Assembly: GCA_036378295.1 (NCBI GenBank)
Contig: DASUWS010000232.1
Location: 10,387-74,386 of the forward strand
Source of the DNA: Ktedonobacterales bacterium
GTDB lineage: Bacteria; Chloroflexota; Ktedonobacteria; Ktedonobacterales; JADMIN01
Length of the DNA stretch: 64,000 nt
Reading direction: 5' to 3'
Below are positions 62,287-64,000 of the stretch, piece by piece (positions within the stretch are counted from its first letter, which is position 1; the number at the start of each line of letters is the position of its first letter). A program made the translations under genes and the position numbers. The notes under the pieces were generated by a model. The model worked only from the letters and a program-made list of their open reading frames with translations. It was not told where the DNA came from and did no database searches.

Positions 62287-64000
62287 CTATACAGGCGGCG
62301 GGAAGTGGCGGTTACGTCCGCCGCGCGGCCAGGTGACGCGCCCATACCGGGCGGGCTTTTCTGTGCCTGCACGGTGGTTCGTACCGCTCGTGTGCGGCTG
62401 TTGCTCGTCAGCAGCCTCGGTGACGGCCTGTTCCTCATCGGGCGTAGTTGGCCTGCTGTTCGGCTTGCTGCGCGACAACTTCCGCGGCCGTACTAGCCGG
62501 GCAACGTTGCCGATGGCCCCCGATGGCTGCGGCTCGCGGGCGACTGCCTGTTGTGGGCTGGTGGCGGGCCAGCCCTCTGACCAGCGGATCGCGGGCAAGA
62601 GCACCGTAAAGGTGCTGCCCTGGCCCGGCTGACTATGTACCGAGATCTCGCCCTGGTGCGTCTCGGCAATCCATTTGCCAATCGCCAGACCCAGGCCGCT
62701 GCCCTGCTGATCGCGAACGCGCGCCTGATCGGCGCGATAGAAGCGCTCGAAGATATGTGGCCGCGCCTCCGGCGGGATACCAATGCCCGTATCGGTGATG
62801 CTAAATGCGGCAAGGTTGCCATTGCGGCTCACGGCGATACGTATCTTGCCCCCCGCCGGCGTGTATTTGATGGCGTTATCGATCAAAATCACTGCGAGCT
62901 GCCGGAGTTGTCCCGGATCGCCCAGCACGGTCACTGGCTCCAGATTGAGCACGGAGAAGTGGATATTCTTGCGGCGCGCCTCGACGAGCGCCTGACCCTG
63001 ACGGAAGACCTCCATCGCCAGTTGATCCAGCTCCACGGGCTCGCGTCGTCCGCGAAGCTGGTCATCAAGCCAGTTTTCGCGCAGGCCATACTTCGCGCCG
63101 TCGGCGGCATCGACCCGCGCCAGCAACAGCAGGTCATTCACCAGCGCGGCCATGCGCTCGGCCTCGCCGTAGCCATCTTCGAGCATCTCCTGCCGATCCT
63201 CGCCAGGCAGATCGGGCGCCTGGCGCAGGAAATCGAACGTCGTCTTGATGGTGGTCAGCGGGGCGCGCAGCTCATGCGACGCGTCTGCGACAAATCGGCG
63301 TTGCGCGCTTGAGACACGCTCGAGAGCTTCGAGCATCTCGTTGAAGGTCACGACCAGCTCACCGATCTCGTCGCGCGGACCCGAATAGTTCACGCGGGTA
63401 CCCAATCCGGCGCGGTGGGCGCTAGCGGCAATTGCGCGGGCTGCGCGCGTGACCGATGAGACCGGGCGCATACCGCTTTCGGCGATAAACCAGCCGCCTA
63501 TCAGCGCAAAGAGCACAGCAATAATACTGCCGACGATGAGCAGACGACTGAGCGTGTTGAGCGCGCTATTCATGTCATCGAGCGGCTTGGCGACCAGCAC
63601 TACCCCGATAACCTGCTGTGAGGCAGTGTTCGGAGAGATCGTGGCCGTGGGCAGCGCCGTATCTGTGGGGCTGCCAACGTTACTCGACGAGCCAGCTGTA
63701 CCTGTAGGATTGCCAGCATCACTCGGCGAGCCAGCGGCAGGAGGAACGCTCGCGTCCGCGACCGTGATCGGCTGGACGTAGATGGCCAGCAGCGAGCCTG
63801 TATTGCCTGGGGCGGGCGCGGTATACATGCCCGGGGTTCCCTGCAATGCCTGATCGATCACCGGAACATTCAGCGGCAAGCCAACATCCTTGATCACAGG
63901 CGCGACAAATTTCGTAGTGCCCTTGACATTGAGCACTTCGAAGGGGAGGTCGATACGCCCCAGCACACCAGCCCTGCTCTTGAGTATATTCTCGATCTTC
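62287..64000 (-). CDS. Sensor histidine kinase (HAMP-HisKA-HATPase_c), N-terminus beyond the window edge
   Basis: Present are the H-box FVADASHELRAPLT, the N-box LIDNAIKYTP, G1 DTGIGIP and G2 GSGLGLAI. A TM helix plus a HAMP region reads LLIVGSIIAVLFALIGGWFIAESGMRPV. The frame stays open to position 64000. An unusual tail of about 100 aa follows the ATPase domain. Confidence 0.9.
   Translation of the reverse strand, partial: KIENILKSRAGVLGRIDLPFEVLNVKGTTKFVAPVIKDVGLPLNVPVIDQALQGTPGMYTAPAPGNTGSLLAIYVQPITVADASVPPAAGSPSDAGNPTGTAGSSSNVGSPTDTALPTATISPNTASQQVIGVVLVAKPLDDMNSALNTLSRLLIVGSIIAVLFALIGGWFIAESGMRPVSSVTRAARAIAASAHRAGLGTRVNYSGPRDEIGELVVTFNEMLEALERVSSAQRRFVADASHELRAPLTTIKTTFDFLRQAPDLPGEDRQEMLEDGYGEAERMAALVNDLLLLARVDAADGAKYGLRENWLDDQLRGRREPVELDQLAMEVFRQGQALVEARRKNIHFSVLNLEPVTVLGDPGQLRQLAVILIDNAIKYTPAGGKIRIAVSRNGNLAAFSITDTGIGIPPEARPHIFERFYRADQARVRDQQGSGLGLAIGKWIAETHQGEISVHSQPGQGSTFTVLLPAIRWSEGWPATSPQQAVAREPQPSGAIGNVARLVRPRKLSRSKPNSRPTTPDEEQAVTEAADEQQPHTSGTNHRAGTEKPARYGRVTWPRGGRNRHFPPPV

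Overview
This is a 64-kb, high-GC, gene-dense chromosomal segment with about 55 supportable protein-coding genes. I found no rRNA, tRNA, CRISPR array, IS element, transposase, integrase or phage structural gene. All calls come from reading the supplied ORF translations and the DNA by eye; no searches were run, so family names are motif-level recognitions.

The gene content suggests a high-GC monoderm-type bacterium, possibly Chloroflexota (Ktedonobacteria-like), but taxonomy cannot be verified here. The supporting clues are DUF4012 and GerMN envelope proteins, an archaeal-type AspRS behind a T-box leader, DUF4388, many P/Q/G-rich low-complexity proteins, and actinobacteria-like inositol-lipid genes.

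Recognisable housekeeping genes include folE, a type-II NADH dehydrogenase, otsA, a gap-pgk-tpiA operon, aspS, dps, tatA and tatC, sufU plus a rhodanese, hutI, coaD, azlCD and an HxlR/DoxX pair.

The most interesting content is:
1. A syntenic inositol-phospholipid/PIM-type cluster at 47.9-57.3 kb. It holds ino1, two PatA/LpxL-like acyltransferases, a PHP phosphoesterase, a PimA-like GT4 and a PIP-synthase-like CDP-alcohol transferase, flanked by an ArsR regulator, a CX5R phosphatase and manC. The embedded PHP enzyme is a candidate for the unassigned PIP phosphatase step.
2. A complete T-box leader upstream of aspS, with an internal 11-bp tandem duplication and an unusually long, repeat-containing spacer before the start codon.
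3. A two-TIR-domain protein (one apparently catalytic, one degenerate) next to sensor and kinase genes.
4. A dispersed family of CCCCTCCC/GGGAGGGG hairpins at gene ends.
5. Two ORF-poor regions with tandem repeats, at about 14.5-15.2 kb and 35.8-36.8 kb.

Many long ORFs in the supplied track are antisense artefacts of the high GC content and were rejected.
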